The notes under the pieces are model-generated. The model did not search any database and was not told where the DNA came from. It was given only the letters and a program-made list of their open reading frames with translations. A stretch of 64,000 bases of DNA, from contig NC_043021.1 of assembly GCF_006345805.1 (NCBI RefSeq), positions 3,038,001 through 3,102,000 on the forward strand, in the 5' to 3' direction. Shown here piece by piece: positions 1 through 11,668 of the stretch. Both the position numbers and the translations under genes were made by a program. The DNA comes from Octopus sinensis. Lineage: Eukaryota. How positions within the stretch are numbered: the stretch's first letter is position 1; each line of letters opens with the position of its first letter.

Positions 1-238
1 ACTGCAAGTAATTATTTAAGCTTAGTTACACTGCATAAATAATTAAGAAAAGAGGGAGAAAAAAAAAACCCTGGTTCTAGTTTCATCTGCTATGTAAGCT
101 TCAGTGATGCTTTATTCAAGATATGTAGCTTTACCTGATGGTTATAAAAAATAATTTAGAAACCAGAATGTATATTACTTTTCAGTTGTTGCTGTCTCCC
201 ACTCTCTCCTTCTTTCTGCTCTTCCCTCAGGCTGTGTA

Positions 239-471
239 ACCTATTTCTTTACTACCCACAAGGGGTTAAACACAGAAGGGACAAACAAGGACAGACAAAC
301 GGATTAAGTCGATTACATCGACCCCAGTGCGTAACTGGTACTTAATTTATCGATCCGAAAGGATGAAAGGCAAAGTAGACCTCGGCGGAATTTGAACTCA
401 GAATGTAACGCCAGACGAAATACGGCTATGCATTTCGCCCGGCGTGCTAACGTTTCTGCCAGCTCGCTGCC
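239..471 (-). mobile_element. SINE family B, young full-length copy
   Basis: Reverse complement of ggcagcgagctggcagaaacgttagcacgccgggcgaaatg...gagttcaaattccgccgagg (B-box-like)...ccccttgtgggtagtaaagaaatagg; near-identical to copies at 14293, 16949, 18304; imperfect TSD ggttac(c/a)ca. Confidence 0.9.
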
Positions 472-499
472 TGGGTAACCATGTATCTCCTTTACAGCA

Positions 500-870
500 G
501 CAGCATCTGTTTCTGTTCTCATTCTTGATCACTCTCTTTCTCTCGGTCATCTGACGCAAGACCACCTCCTCCAATGCACCCTCCCCACTCAAAGGATCTT
601 TGTTTTGTAAGTTACTTGGTGACCTTGCCTGTGTTGATGTCACATAAAAAGCATCCAGTCCACACTGAAGTGGTTGGCATTTGGAAGGGTATCCAGCTGT
701 AAGAGAACCCTGCCAAATCTGTCCTTGACTGTGCTGGTGCCATGTAAAATGTCCATTCTGTGGGGTCGTTGGTGTTAGGAAGGGCATCCAGCCATAAGAA
801 CCCTTCCAAAACAGACAGAAGTCTGGTGCAGTCTCCTGCCTATGGATGGCAGAATTAAATGATAAATATG
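500..870 (+). mobile_element. RTE-tail element (family C), old subfamily, degenerate
   Basis: cacataaaaagcatcc...gtggttggcatttggaagggtatccagctgtaaga motif shared with family C. Confidence 0.65.
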
Positions 871-1210
871 AAGATTGGACGACAGCCATGATGAAGCATT
901 TCCTTGAAGAGCCAAACAACCCAATCCCAGTTTTGTTTTTAAGTCAGATACTTATTCTCTCGGTCCCTTTGGTTGAGCCACTAAGTTTTTAGGGTGTAAA
1001 CAAACCGACAATGGCTGTTATGCAGTTGGTGGGACAAACGTAGACACCCACATACACGTGATGGGCTTCCACACAATTTCACTTACAAGGCCTTGTAAGT
1101 AGACACTTGCCTAAGGGGCTGTGCAGTGGAGACTGAATCCGCAACCACATGAGGTGTGGTATGTGTATGCACACACATACACCTTACTTGAGAACATTAA
1201 AATTATGATA

Positions 1211-1600
1211 CTCTTACTCTTTTACTTGTTTCAGTCATTTGATTGCGGCCATGCTGGAGCACCGCCTTTAATCAAGCAACTCGACCCCGGGATTTATTCT
1301 TTTATAAGCCCAGTACTTATTCTATCGGTCTCTTTTGCCGAACCGCTAAGTAACGGGGACATAAACACACCAGCATCGGTTGTCAAGCAATGCTAGGGGG
1401 ACAAACACACGCGCATATATATATATATATATATATACGATGGGCTTCTTTCAGTTTCCGTCTACCAAATCCACTCACAAGGCTTTGGTCGGCCCGAGGC
1501 TATAGCAGAAGATACTTGCCCAAGGTGCCACGCAGTGGGACTGAACCCGGAACCATGTGGTTGGTAAACAAGCTACTTACCACACAGCCACTCCTGCGCC
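1211..1600 (-). mobile_element. tRNA-derived SINE family A, full length
   Basis: Head ggcgcaggagtggctgtgtggtaag (A box) and ggttcagtccc (B box), internal TA/CA microsatellite, tail gactgaaacaagtaaaagagtaagag. Confidence 0.92.
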
Positions 1601-2160
1601 TATGATGTATACATTATTATGAAATGTATATATAACTGTGTAGTTAAGAAGTTCACTTTGGAACTAGATGTCAGGAGTTCAGTCCTACTGCATAGATAAG
1701 GTTGGCTGGCAGTTTGCAGTTGACTGTGAAAGCATGTCTTGTTATATTGGGCTCTTAGTTAATAAATGGGCCACATTTCATAGAAACATAAGAGTATTTC
1801 CAGTTTTCTGTGCATAATCATGTCCAAGCTGTTCATTGTTTGATAGTGTGTGGGATTACCTTGCTTGGAAACTGGTGAGCGTTGGCTTCAGGAGAGGCAT
1901 TCAGCTGCAGAAACTCTTCTCCAATGTAGTCTTGTCAGATCCATGCAAGCATGGCAATGTAGGCATTAAAATTGTGGTGTGTGTGTGTGTGTGTCCATGT
2001 CTTAATATGTTTCCTTTGTTTCAATCTTCTGTAAAAATATGTCTAGCCATGGGAAATTTACTATTTTGGTTGAAATTAGGTGAGGAAGTGCATGCAGCTT
2101 AGGAATTCTGTCAGGCTCCTGCAAGTAAGGAATAATGGACATTCAAACACTTATATATAT

Positions 2161-2199
<39 letters not shown>

Positions 2200-2205
<6 letters not shown>

Positions 2206-2560
2206 TTTTATTTGACTGCGGCCATGCTGGGGCACCACTTTAAAGGGTTTTAAGTCGAATTGATCAAACACAGGACTTTTTTTTAAGCATGCTACTTATT
2301 CTATTGGGCTCTTTTGCCAAACCTTTTTAGTAACAGGGATGTAAACACACTAACATCAGTTGTCAAGTGGTGATGGTGAAACAAACACACACACACACAC
2401 ACACATAATGGGCTTCTTTCAGTTTCTTTCTACTACTCTCAAGGATTTGGTTGGTCCGAGGCTATAGTTGAAGAGACTTGCCTAAGGTGTCATGCAGTGG
2501 GACTGAACCTGGAACAATGAGGTCAGGAAGCAAGCTTCTTACCAAACAGCTGTGCTTGTG
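2200..2560 (-). mobile_element. SINE family A, degenerate
   Basis: Colinear but diverged match to family A (tttgactgcggccatgctgg...gggactgaacc). Confidence 0.75.
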
Positions 2561-2562
2561 CT

Positions 2563-2595
<33 letters not shown>

Positions 2596-2600
2596 CACAC

Positions 2601-3002
2601 ACTAGCAGCATAGCCCGGCGTTGCCCGAGTAATTAAGAGCCCCTAGTAGACAACGACTAATCCCAATCTAGTTCTTTCCCTCCAGGGAACGAAGGCGCAT
2701 GTGTAGGTTGCAATGTCTTCTCTTCACTCGAATACTTCTATGTATACGATGTTCCTAGCTGTCTCCCGACAGAAAATGTGTTGCATATAAAAAGCTTAGA
2801 TTCTCAACCCCATTTCGAATTTATCGATTCTTTTCAGAACTGGGGGAACTTTTCAAAATTGTCGCTGCATTAGTTTTGAATTATGACATTGGGCTATGTG
2901 TGTGTGTCAAGTTTCATCAGAATCGGTTGAAAGCCGTGGTCAGGGTGAGGGTACAACCTGACAGACACACAGACAGACAAACTGCCGTTTATATATATAG
3001 AT
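2601..3002 (+). mobile_element. Non-autonomous Helitron/Helentron-like element
   Basis: 5' actagcagcatagcccggcgttgcccg and 3' acagacagacaaactgccgtttatatatatagat termini, shared with 40342-40853; no TSD; sits next to TA/CA microsatellites. Confidence 0.65.
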
Positions 3003-3004
3003 GA

Positions 3005-3038
<34 letters not shown>

Positions 3039-3104
3039 ATATATATATATATATGTGTGTGTGTGTTGTGTGTGTGTGTGTGTATATATATATGTGTGTG
3101 TGTG

Positions 3105-3153
<49 letters not shown>

Positions 3154-3244
3154 GGTGGTGTGTATATATATATATATATGTGTGTGTGTGGTTATATATA
3201 TATAATATATATGTGTGTGTGTGTGTGTGATAATATAATATATA

Positions 3245-3275
<31 letters not shown>

Positions 3276-3384
3276 GTGTGTGTGTTGTGTATATATATAT
3301 TATATATATGTGTGGTGTGTGTGTATATATATATATATATGTGTGTGTGTGTGATATATATATGTGGGTGTGTATATATATTAT
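3003..3384. repeat. Compound (TA)n/(TG)n microsatellite
   Basis: Alternating TA and TG runs. Confidence 0.95.
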
Positions 3385-3523
3385 AGGAAGGGCATCCAGC
3401 CGTAGAAACACTGCCAGATTTGACTGGGCCTGATGAAGCCTTCTGGCTTCACAGACCCCAGTAGAAAACCGTCCAACCATGCTAGCATGGAAAACGGACG
3501 CTAAATGATGATGATGATGATGA
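3385..3523 (+). mobile_element. RTE-tail element (family C), 5'-truncated
   Basis: taggaagggcatccagccgtagaaac...ccatgctagcatggaaaacggacgctaaa(tga)n. Confidence 0.85.
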
Positions 3524-3545
3524 TATATATGTATGTATGTATATC

Positions 3546-3738
3546 ATGGTTGTGTGGTAAGAAGCTTGCTCCCCAACCCTAGGGTACTGGGTTCAGTCCC
3601 ACTGCGTGGCACTTTGGGCAAGTGTCCTCTACTATACACCAGGTCAACCAAAGCTTTGTGAGTGGATTTGGTAGACAGTAACTGAAAGAAGCCCATTGTA
3701 TATATATATATATATATACATATATATATACAATGGGC

Positions 3739-3786
<48 letters not shown>

Positions 3787-3947
3787 CTGAGTTTGTCCCC
3801 CACCATCATTTGACAATCGATGTTGGTGTGTTTACATCTCCATAACTTAGTAATTCAGTAAAAGAGACTGATAGAATAGGTACTAGGCTTACAAATAATA
3901 AGTCCTGGGGTTGATTTCTTTGATTAAAGGCAGTGCTCTAGCATGGC
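3546..3947 (+). mobile_element. SINE family A, diverged, tail cut by LINE fragment
   Basis: Family A head, TA run and second body ending at gtgctctagcatggct. Confidence 0.8.
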
Positions 3948-4436
3948 TGGAAGGAAGGGACGGGCAATTTTTTTTTTTGCCTAGTGGCTATAGTGAAAGA
4001 GGTAGTGTGGTGGACCCGTTTGAATGGGCTAAAGATAGACACTTTCCTCTTTGACCAAGCCCTCGTCAACTTTTTCAAGTTTTAACTTGAAAAGGAAGTT
4101 GAGGGTGGAGAGGGAAGTGTTGCCTTGTAGCAAGTTTGTTGAAAGGTGGGTGAATGTTGGAAGAAGGGCCAGTGTGAAAGGACCAATTCTGAGCATACAC
4201 CTGTAAAATGAGAAAGGAGAAGGGCTCTTGCTCTGTTGATCTGGCACCTGTGGCTTTTCTGGGGCTTTCCACGTGGACCTTAAAGTGCCTCCCGGATTGG
4301 GAGTTTTAATTTAATTTTGTTATTTATATTGTTTACACGCTGTAAAACCTTTTGTATCATCTCGTTTTTGTCTTTTATGTTGTTGCATGTCATTTAGGGG
4401 TTTTTATATGAGCCCTTGTGACTAATAAAAGAATAG
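3948..4436 (+). pseudogene. L1/Tx1-clade LINE 3' remnant (ORF2 C-terminus plus 3' UTR)
   Basis: Frameshifted translation ...CLVAIVKEVVWWTRLNGLKIDTFLFDQALVNFFKF/NLKRKLRVEREVLPCSKFVERWVNVGRRASVKGPILSIHL* (stop 4204-4206) resembles Tx1/L1 ORF2 C-termini (recognition from memory); UTR ends agcccttgtgactaataaaagaatag. Confidence 0.65.
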
Positions 4437-4449
4437 ATTGATTATTATT

Positions 4450-4590
4450 GCAGTGAGCTGGCTGGATTGTTAGCACATGCTGCAACATGCTTAGCGATAT
4501 TTTATCTGTCCTTACATTATGTGTTCCAGTTCTAGTATGGTTGATTTTTTACCTTTCACCCTTTCTGGGTCGATAAAACAAGTACCAGTT
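4450..4590 (+). mobile_element. SINE family B, degenerate
   Basis: gcagtgagctggctggattgttagcacatg...cctttcaccctttctgggtcgataaaacaagtaccag after an (ATT)n run. Confidence 0.75.
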
Positions 4591-4775
4591 GGGCACATTA
4601 CTACTACTACTAGTATGTCTCCATAACTTAGTGGATCTGCAATGAGAAAGAGAATAATTACAGACTTAGAAACTGAGGTTGATTTTGATCATCTAAATGT
4701 AAGGAAATAGGTCCAGCATGGCCACAGTCCAATGGCTGGAACAAGTAAAAAAAACATAAACAAAGCAAATTAAAG

Positions 4776-4932
4776 TGTGTGTGGTAAGTAGCTTGTCTAC
4801 CAACCACATGGTTCCGGGTTCAGTCCTACTGCGTGGCACCTTGGGCAAGTGTCTTCTACTATAGCCTCGGGCCGACCAAAGCCTTGTGAGTGGATTTGGT
4901 AGACGGAAACTGAAAGAAGCCCGTCGTATATA

Positions 4933-4980
<48 letters not shown>

Positions 4981-5196
4981 TGTTTGTGTGTCTGTGTTTG
5001 TCCCCTAGCATTGCTTGACAACCGATGCTGGTGTGTTTAGGTCCCCGTCACTTAGCGGTTCGGCAAAAGGAGACCGATAGAATAAGTACTGGGCTTACAA
5101 AGAATAAGTTCCGGGGTCGATTTGCTCGACTAAAGGCGGTGCTCCAGCATGGCCGCAGTCAAATGACTGAAACAAGTAAAAGAGTAAAAGAGTAAA
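4776..5196 (+). mobile_element. SINE family A, near full length
   Basis: A/B boxes, TA/TG linker, (gagtaaaa)n tail. Confidence 0.92.
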
Positions 5197-5339
5197 TTAA
5201 AGTGTATATATTGTGTGTGCGTGCAGGCTGTGTGTTTGCCTATTTCTGTTGGTTCTCCTATCAACCCGGCCGCCCCCCCTCCTCCCCTGTAATACAACTC
5301 GGACAGTTTATTTATAGCCCAGCGTGTTTTACTATTTAA

Positions 5340-7100
5340 CAATCTACCTACCTCCAATTTGGGTTCTGTGGCAGAAAACCCCCACCAACTAACTGGTTGT
5401 TGCTGCTAGGCTGCCTGTTAACTTCGCTTTCTGGTCAAGCTGAGTAGGCTTTTGTGTGTGTGTCGATTCTAAATCCGTGTCTCTCCACCACTTTTTTATA
5501 TTATTATGGACTCCTATTTTATTTGATTCCTATTTTACTCGGATGTAGCCCCAATAGTCAAGTCATTCGATGTTTAAAAACATCGTATTATATTTTTATA
5601 ATTAAATATTATTAGGAATTGTATAAAGAAAAAAATTGTTGAAATATTTTGTGTATTGTGGGAGTATATAACCAATTTATTGCTGATAAATTTTAACTAC
5701 AAAATCTTATGTGGACCCCAGTTGGGAACCACTAAAAAGTAAAACCTATTCTTGTTTTTTTGCTTCAGCAGGAGAAAACTGGTACAAACTAACACACACA
5801 CACAGATTGTAGGATTTTTTTTCTTTTGGTGTGCTACAAATTTCTTTTTAAGATCTTTGCTAGTTGTCTCTGTCGCTCTCTCTCTCTCTTCTCTCTTTCC
5901 TTTTTCTTTCTCTCTTTCTCTATCTCCTTTTTTTGATCGTTTTTATATATCCCTGTCCTAAGCCTGTTTATTCTATTTTTTCCTTCTTTTCTATCATTCA
6001 GTCTCTCCACATACACACTGTTCTGGACTTGCCATGTTGTATGGACAATGTGACTATAGAGCCTTTACCACTTCTCTCAACTTTATCCTCTTTGTTTGGC
6101 AAGCCTATTAGTTCAAGCAGCAAAGCTCCTTCCATGCAAAACCTTCTCCCTCTCCCCCCCCCCGCCTGCCTTCCTCTTAATCTTCTGTATTTCATTTCCT
6201 TTACCGCTGCTCGCTCGCTCTTCCCTGCCCATTTTCAGTTCCTAAAAGGTTTGCCTCCCTACAAATGTGTCAGGGGAAGAAAAAAAAAAAAATTAAAGGG
6301 AAAAACGAAAAGGTCTTATACAAGCCTATTTGCTTGTTTACTTGCAAGTTTTTGCCTAACTCCTTGATAGCTTCCTTTTTTTTTCCTGGTGATATTTACA
6401 CACACACACACACCACACACTGCACACACACTCCTTCTAAACTGAAGCTGTTGCCCGTTGTTATCTCGTCTGTTGCATTTTAGAGTGCATTTCTTGTTAT
6501 TTGGTTTGTTTGTTATGTCTGGTGGTGGTCGTCTGTCTGTCTGCCTGCAGCCACAGTCTGCTGGGTTGTATCTGATGATGCTTGGTGGTTGGTGGTTGGT
6601 TGCGTTTTGTTGTTGGTTATATATATATGCCTGCTTCAGCTATCGAATTGTTGCCTGTTGTTGGAGCTGTGTGTGTAGTCCGCTGGTTCTGCTGTGCTAC
6701 CAGCCATATATCTGAATGTGTTGTTTGTCAAAACTAGTATCCAGTTGTGCTGTTGTTGCTAGTGGTCTCTCTCTCTCTCTCTCTCTCCCTCCCTTTCTCT
6801 CTTCTCCCTCCCTCCCTCTCTCTCTTTCTCCCTCCCTCCCTCTCTCCCCCCTCTCTCTCCTCCTCTCTCTCCTCTCTCTCTCTCCCTCCCTTTCTCTCTC
6901 TCCTTCTCTCTCTCCCCCTCCCTTTCTCTCTCTCTCCCTCCCTTTCTCTCTCTCTCTCTCCTTCTCGCTCACGGAATATCTCTTAACTGTGTTCAGTGTG
7001 ACAAACAAGGTTTTTCGTTCCACAATGAGATTATTATTAGAAAATTCTGTGAATCATTATTTCTATACGTATTTGCTGGGGAGAAACAGTAGCAGCGATA
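5340..7100 (-). promoter_or_regulatory. Candidate promoter / 5'-exon zone of an unidentified minus-strand gene
   Basis: Free of mobile elements, long GA tract (6766-6962), CA runs, minus-strand donors GAG|gtaggt (5352/5351) and gtgtgt/gtatgt near 6013-6017 after a good-context ATG (caacATGGcaagtccagaa). Confidence 0.3.
6766..6962. repeat. Polypyrimidine (CT/CCT)n tract
   Basis: About 200 bp pure C/T run. Confidence 0.95.
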
Positions 7101-7307
7101 TAGGATTAGCATTGCAATATTTATATATATAATTTTTTTCTCTTTGAATTTTGCTTACATGATAAAATATAGACATCATTGATATAGATATCACCGTATT
7201 GTGCTGGCATCAAACTGTAGGAACAAAAAAAAAGTTTTCACTATTCGCTGCATAGAGTTTCACGTGATGAAAGAGTTCGTCAATACAACAGACACACCTG
7301 TGAAATA

Positions 7308-7527
7308 CTCCTTTACTTGTTTCAGTCATTTGACTGCGGCCATGCTGGAGCACCGCCTTTTTTAATCGAGCAAATCGACCCCGGGACTTATTTTTTTTGT
7401 AAGCCCAGTACTTATTCTATCGGTCTCTTTTTGCCGAACCCGCTAAGTGACGGGGACGTAAACACACCAGCATCGGTTGTCAAGCAATGCTTGGGGAACA
7501 AACACACACACATACACATAATATATA

Positions 7528-7574
<47 letters not shown>

Positions 7575-7739
7575 TACAACAGGCTTCTTTCAGTTTCCGT
7601 CTACCAAATCCACTCACAAGGCATTGGTCGGCCCGGGGCTATAGCAGAAGACACTTGCCCAAGATGCCACGCAGTGGGACTGAACCCGGAACCATGTGGT
7701 TTGTTAGCAAGCTACTTACCACACAGTCACTCCTGCGCC
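7308..7739 (-). mobile_element. SINE family A, full length
   Basis: Complete head (…cactcctgcgcc on plus strand) to tail. Confidence 0.92.
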
Positions 7740-7816
7740 TATATTTTATTTTTTAATTAATTTTTTTTTTCTATAGGAGAGAAACGATGAAATCGATAGT
7801 CAAATACATTATATAG

Positions 7817-8140
7817 ACGCAGGCGTGGCTGTGTGGTAAGCACCTTGCTTCCCAACCGCATGATTTCGGGTTCAGTCCCACTGCGTGGTACTTTGGGCTA
7901 GTGTCTACTATATAGCCTCAGGCCAATCTAAACCTTATGAGTGGATCTGGTAGTCAGGAACTGAAAGAGTCTGTCGTATGTACGTGTGTTTCCCCACTAT
8001 CACCACTTGGCAACTGGTGTTGGTGTGTTTACATCCCTGTAAAAAAAAAAAAAGAGGCCGATAGAATAAGTACAAGGCCTAAGAAATAAATCCTGGGGTC
8101 AGTTTGTTAGACTAAAAAAATGACTGAAACAAGTAAAAGA
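7817..8140 (+). mobile_element. SINE family A, degenerate
   Basis: gcaggcgtggctgtgtggtaag...gactgaaacaagtaaaaga. Confidence 0.8.
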
Positions 8141-8818
8141 ATATAGATCAGTTTTTCTCCACCTAATTTCTCTCACCCCAATTATAATTTTCCTCCTGTG
8201 GTTGGAAAAAAAAAATGCCAGCTTTATTTATATTTTATCACAGATATTTGATACAAAAGAAGGCAGAAAAACTTCGAAAAATTAAAAAATAATTTTGCAT
8301 CATCGTGTGAATTCCCATGTGTAGGACACAAATGCACAAAAATTTCCTGAAAATTCCCCCCCCCCCCCAAGTTATGAGGGGGTCGTATGCCATGCATATA
8401 GCAGGATTCCACCCAAAAGAATCTGCCAGTAACTCTTTTATTAAGTACTGAGTACAAAAAAATACATTACTAAGAAAATAAAAGTAAATTACTTAAATTA
8501 GAACCTTGTACCTGGTGACTACTGTTCCACACCCCACTACAAATTTCACAGGCTTCACTGATGGAGTGTATGTCCCATGTTGAGAATCACTGATATAGAT
8601 ACAGGCATGGAAGTGTAGTCAGGAATTTCATTTCACAATCATGTAGCTTTGGGTTCAGTTTGTCTGCATGGCATCTTGTGGGGTAGACTCTTCTGCTATA
8701 GTCCTGTGAGTGAATTCAATTAACTGGAACTGAAAATAAGCACATCATGTGTGTAATTGGGTGCTTGTGTCTCCTTGTCTTGGTATTCGATGCTAATTGT
8801 GAACAAATATAATTTATA

Positions 8819-9225
8819 GGCGCAGGAGTGGCTGTGTGGTAAGTAGCTTGCTAACCAACCACATGGTTCCGAGTTCAGTCCCACTGCGTGGCATCTTGGG
8901 CATGTGTCTTCTGCTATAGCCCCGGGCCAACCAATGCCTTGTGAGTGGATTTGGTAGACGGAAACTGAAAGAAGCCTGTCGTATATATGTATATATATAT
9001 TAATGCGTGTGTTTGTGTGTCTGTGTTTGTCCCCCTAGCATTGCTTGACAACCGATGGTGGTGTGTTTACATCCCCGTCACTTAGCGGTTCGGCAAAAAG
9101 AGACCGATAGAATAAGTACTGGGCTTACAAAAAGAATAAGTCCCGGGGTCTAGTTGCTTGACTAAAAGGCAGTGCTCCAGCATGGCCACAGTCAAATGAC
9201 TGAAACAAGTAAAAGAGTAAAAGAG
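8819..9225 (+). mobile_element. SINE family A, full length
   Basis: ggcgcaggagtggctgtgtggtaag...gactgaaacaagtaaaagagtaaaagag. Confidence 0.92.
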
Positions 9226-9699
9226 AGTTGTACAAGCAGTGTTGCTTGTTTGCAATCTTGTCCATGCTCAGCAAAAAATATTGCCTTGCTTGGAAACAGG
9301 TGAGGGTTGATAACAGAAAGAGCATCAAGCTGTAGAAAATCGACTGCAGGGAAGTTTATCTGACCCCTGCAAGCTTGGAAAAGTGTGCGAAAAAGTGATG
9401 CTGATGATGATGTTTGTTACAGAATATTTGCTGACATCTCACATGACATAGATAAATGGAGAATAGCTAAATCTGTTTCTGATGTCACCATGATTGATGC
9501 ATGGACTGTTCGGGGTGGGTAGAGAAGATTTGCACCACGTTGCTCAATGGCATCAAATCAACTTTATGGTCACATAAATTCCAGGTGTCATATGTTCATC
9601 AGTTTAGTGCTTGCTTAACTCATCTACATGCTGTTAATATTTTATTAGTTTCAGTCAATGGATTGGGGCCATGCTGGAGCACCACCTTCAAAACTGTGC

Positions 9700-10410
9700 A
9701 GTAAGAAGCTTGCTTCTCAACCACATGGTTTTGGCTCCAGTCCCACTGCATGGTACATTGGGCAAGTGTCTTCTACTATAGCTTTAGGCTAACCAAAGCC
9801 TTGTGAGTAGATTTGGTAGATGGGAACTGAAAGAAGCCTATTATAAATATATATATATGTGTGTGTGTGTCTTTGTGTTTGTCCTCCATCACCACTTGAC
9901 AACTCGTGATGGTATGTTTATATCGTTGGAATTTAGCGGTTTGGCAAAAGAGACCAATAGAGGTCAGGCTTAAAAATACATATAAGTACTGAGGTCAATT
10001 CATTCAACTGAAAATTCTTCATGGCAGTACCCCAGCATGGCCACAGTATAATGACAAACCACCTTGGGCAAGTGTCTTCTGCTATAGCCTCAGGCCGACC
10101 AATGCCTTGTGAGTGGATTTAGTAGACGGAAACTGAAAGAAGCCCGTCGTATATTGTATAATATATATATATATTATATATATATGTGTGTGTGTTGTTT
10201 TGTCCCCCTAGCATGCTTGACAACCGATGCTGGTGTTGTTTTATGTCCCCGTTACTTAGCGGTTCGGCAAAAAGAGACCGATAGAATAAGTACTGGGCTT
10301 ACAAAAAGAATAAGTCCCGGGGTCGAGTTGCTCGACTAAAGGCGGTGCTCCAGCATGGCTGCAGTCAAATGACTGAAACGAGTAAAAGAATAAAAGAAAG
10401 AATAAAAAGA
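9700..10410 (+). mobile_element. Two adjacent family A SINEs (old copy 9700-10050, young 5'-truncated copy 10060-10410)
   Basis: Two successive family A bodies in the same orientation. Confidence 0.8.
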
Positions 10411-10876
10411 ATATCAGCTCCAACACTTCTTTTGTTCATCTTTATTGATTGGCTCAGTTATCATCTTTAGACTTAAATAAGCCCACAATACATTAATATG
10501 CAGAAACACATATACATCATATAACTACATATATAAGGTGCAGGTGTGGTCATGTGGTTGACAAGCTTGCTTCCTAACCATATGGTCTTGGGTTCAGTCT
10601 CATTGTGCAGCACATTTGGTGAGTGTCTTTTACTCTAGCCTCAGGTTGACCAAAGCTTTGTGAGTGAATTTGGTACATGGAAAAAAGTGGATGTTAAATG
10701 ATGATGGAATATATGCAGTGAGCTTCTGCACAGACAATTCTGTTAAGTAAATTCCACTCACACCAATAAGACATTTGTACAATGCACCATGTGCAGTGAG
10801 TGCAAATAACCTTGTTTCATGTGACTATACTTGCATGTATAGTGATATCTTCAGTGCATGTATGTATGTGTATATA

Positions 10877-11256
10877 CTCTTACTCTTTTTACTTGTTTCA
10901 GTCATTTGACTGCGGCCATGCTGGAGCACCGCCTTTTAATCGAGCAACTCGACCCCGGGACTTATTCTTTTGTAAGCCCAGTACTTATTCCATCGGTCTC
11001 TTTTTGCCGAACCGCTAAGTGACGGGGACATAAACACACCAGCATCGGTTGTCAAGCAATGCTAGGGGGACAGACACAGACACACACACATATACATATA
11101 TACGACAGGCTTCTTTCAGTTTCCATCTACCAAATCCACTCACAAGGCATTGGTCGGCCCGGGGCTATAGCAGAAGACACTTGTCCAAGATGCCACGCAG
11201 TGGGACTGAACCCGGAACCATGTGGTTGGTAAGCAAGCTACTTACCACACAGCCAC
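10877..11256 (-). mobile_element. SINE family A, near full length
   Basis: Tail, two bodies and tRNA head in reverse orientation. Confidence 0.92.
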
Positions 11257-11633
11257 ATATATATATATATATAAAGCGAGAGGGGAGACACACCACCAAT
11301 ATAGGCTTGAGCATACATTAGTTGAGATATATAACAGACAAAAAATATGAAAGAACTGAAGAAGTCTGATCAGTGCATAATGAATTGTGGTTTGATCAAT
11401 ACAGATAAGCCTAATCAACCCCTAGCTCTAGACGAAACTCCAGCAGGAATCATCTGTCAAACGATTGATTGATTCTCACCACCACCACGACCATGACTCA
11501 CCACCTCTGACAGACTCACTGGCTTGTTTCAGACATAAAGGTGCTTCTGTGATTGTCCTGTATTTGTCTTGTCTTTGTGTTTGTATGCTTCACAGTGTAA
11601 TGACGTTATTGTCTTTTGCCAACATTTCTGGAC

Positions 11634-11668
<35 letters not shown>

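Noticed and set aside
1121-1605. Recurrent ORFs (YLFQSFDCGHAGAPP, MSSNARG, RQASFSFRLPNPL, RLDALPNANHS)
   Set aside because: Reading frames through SINE A and family C repeats, not genes
2989-3480. Long ORFs such as 2989-3480, 31723-32249, 42649-43254, 58804-59219, 6697-7132
   Set aside because: Translations of TA/TG/CA/CT microsatellites, which lack stop codons by construction
8819-8900. tRNA gene at SINE A heads
   Set aside because: A and B boxes are present but there is no complete cloverleaf; each is followed by SINE body
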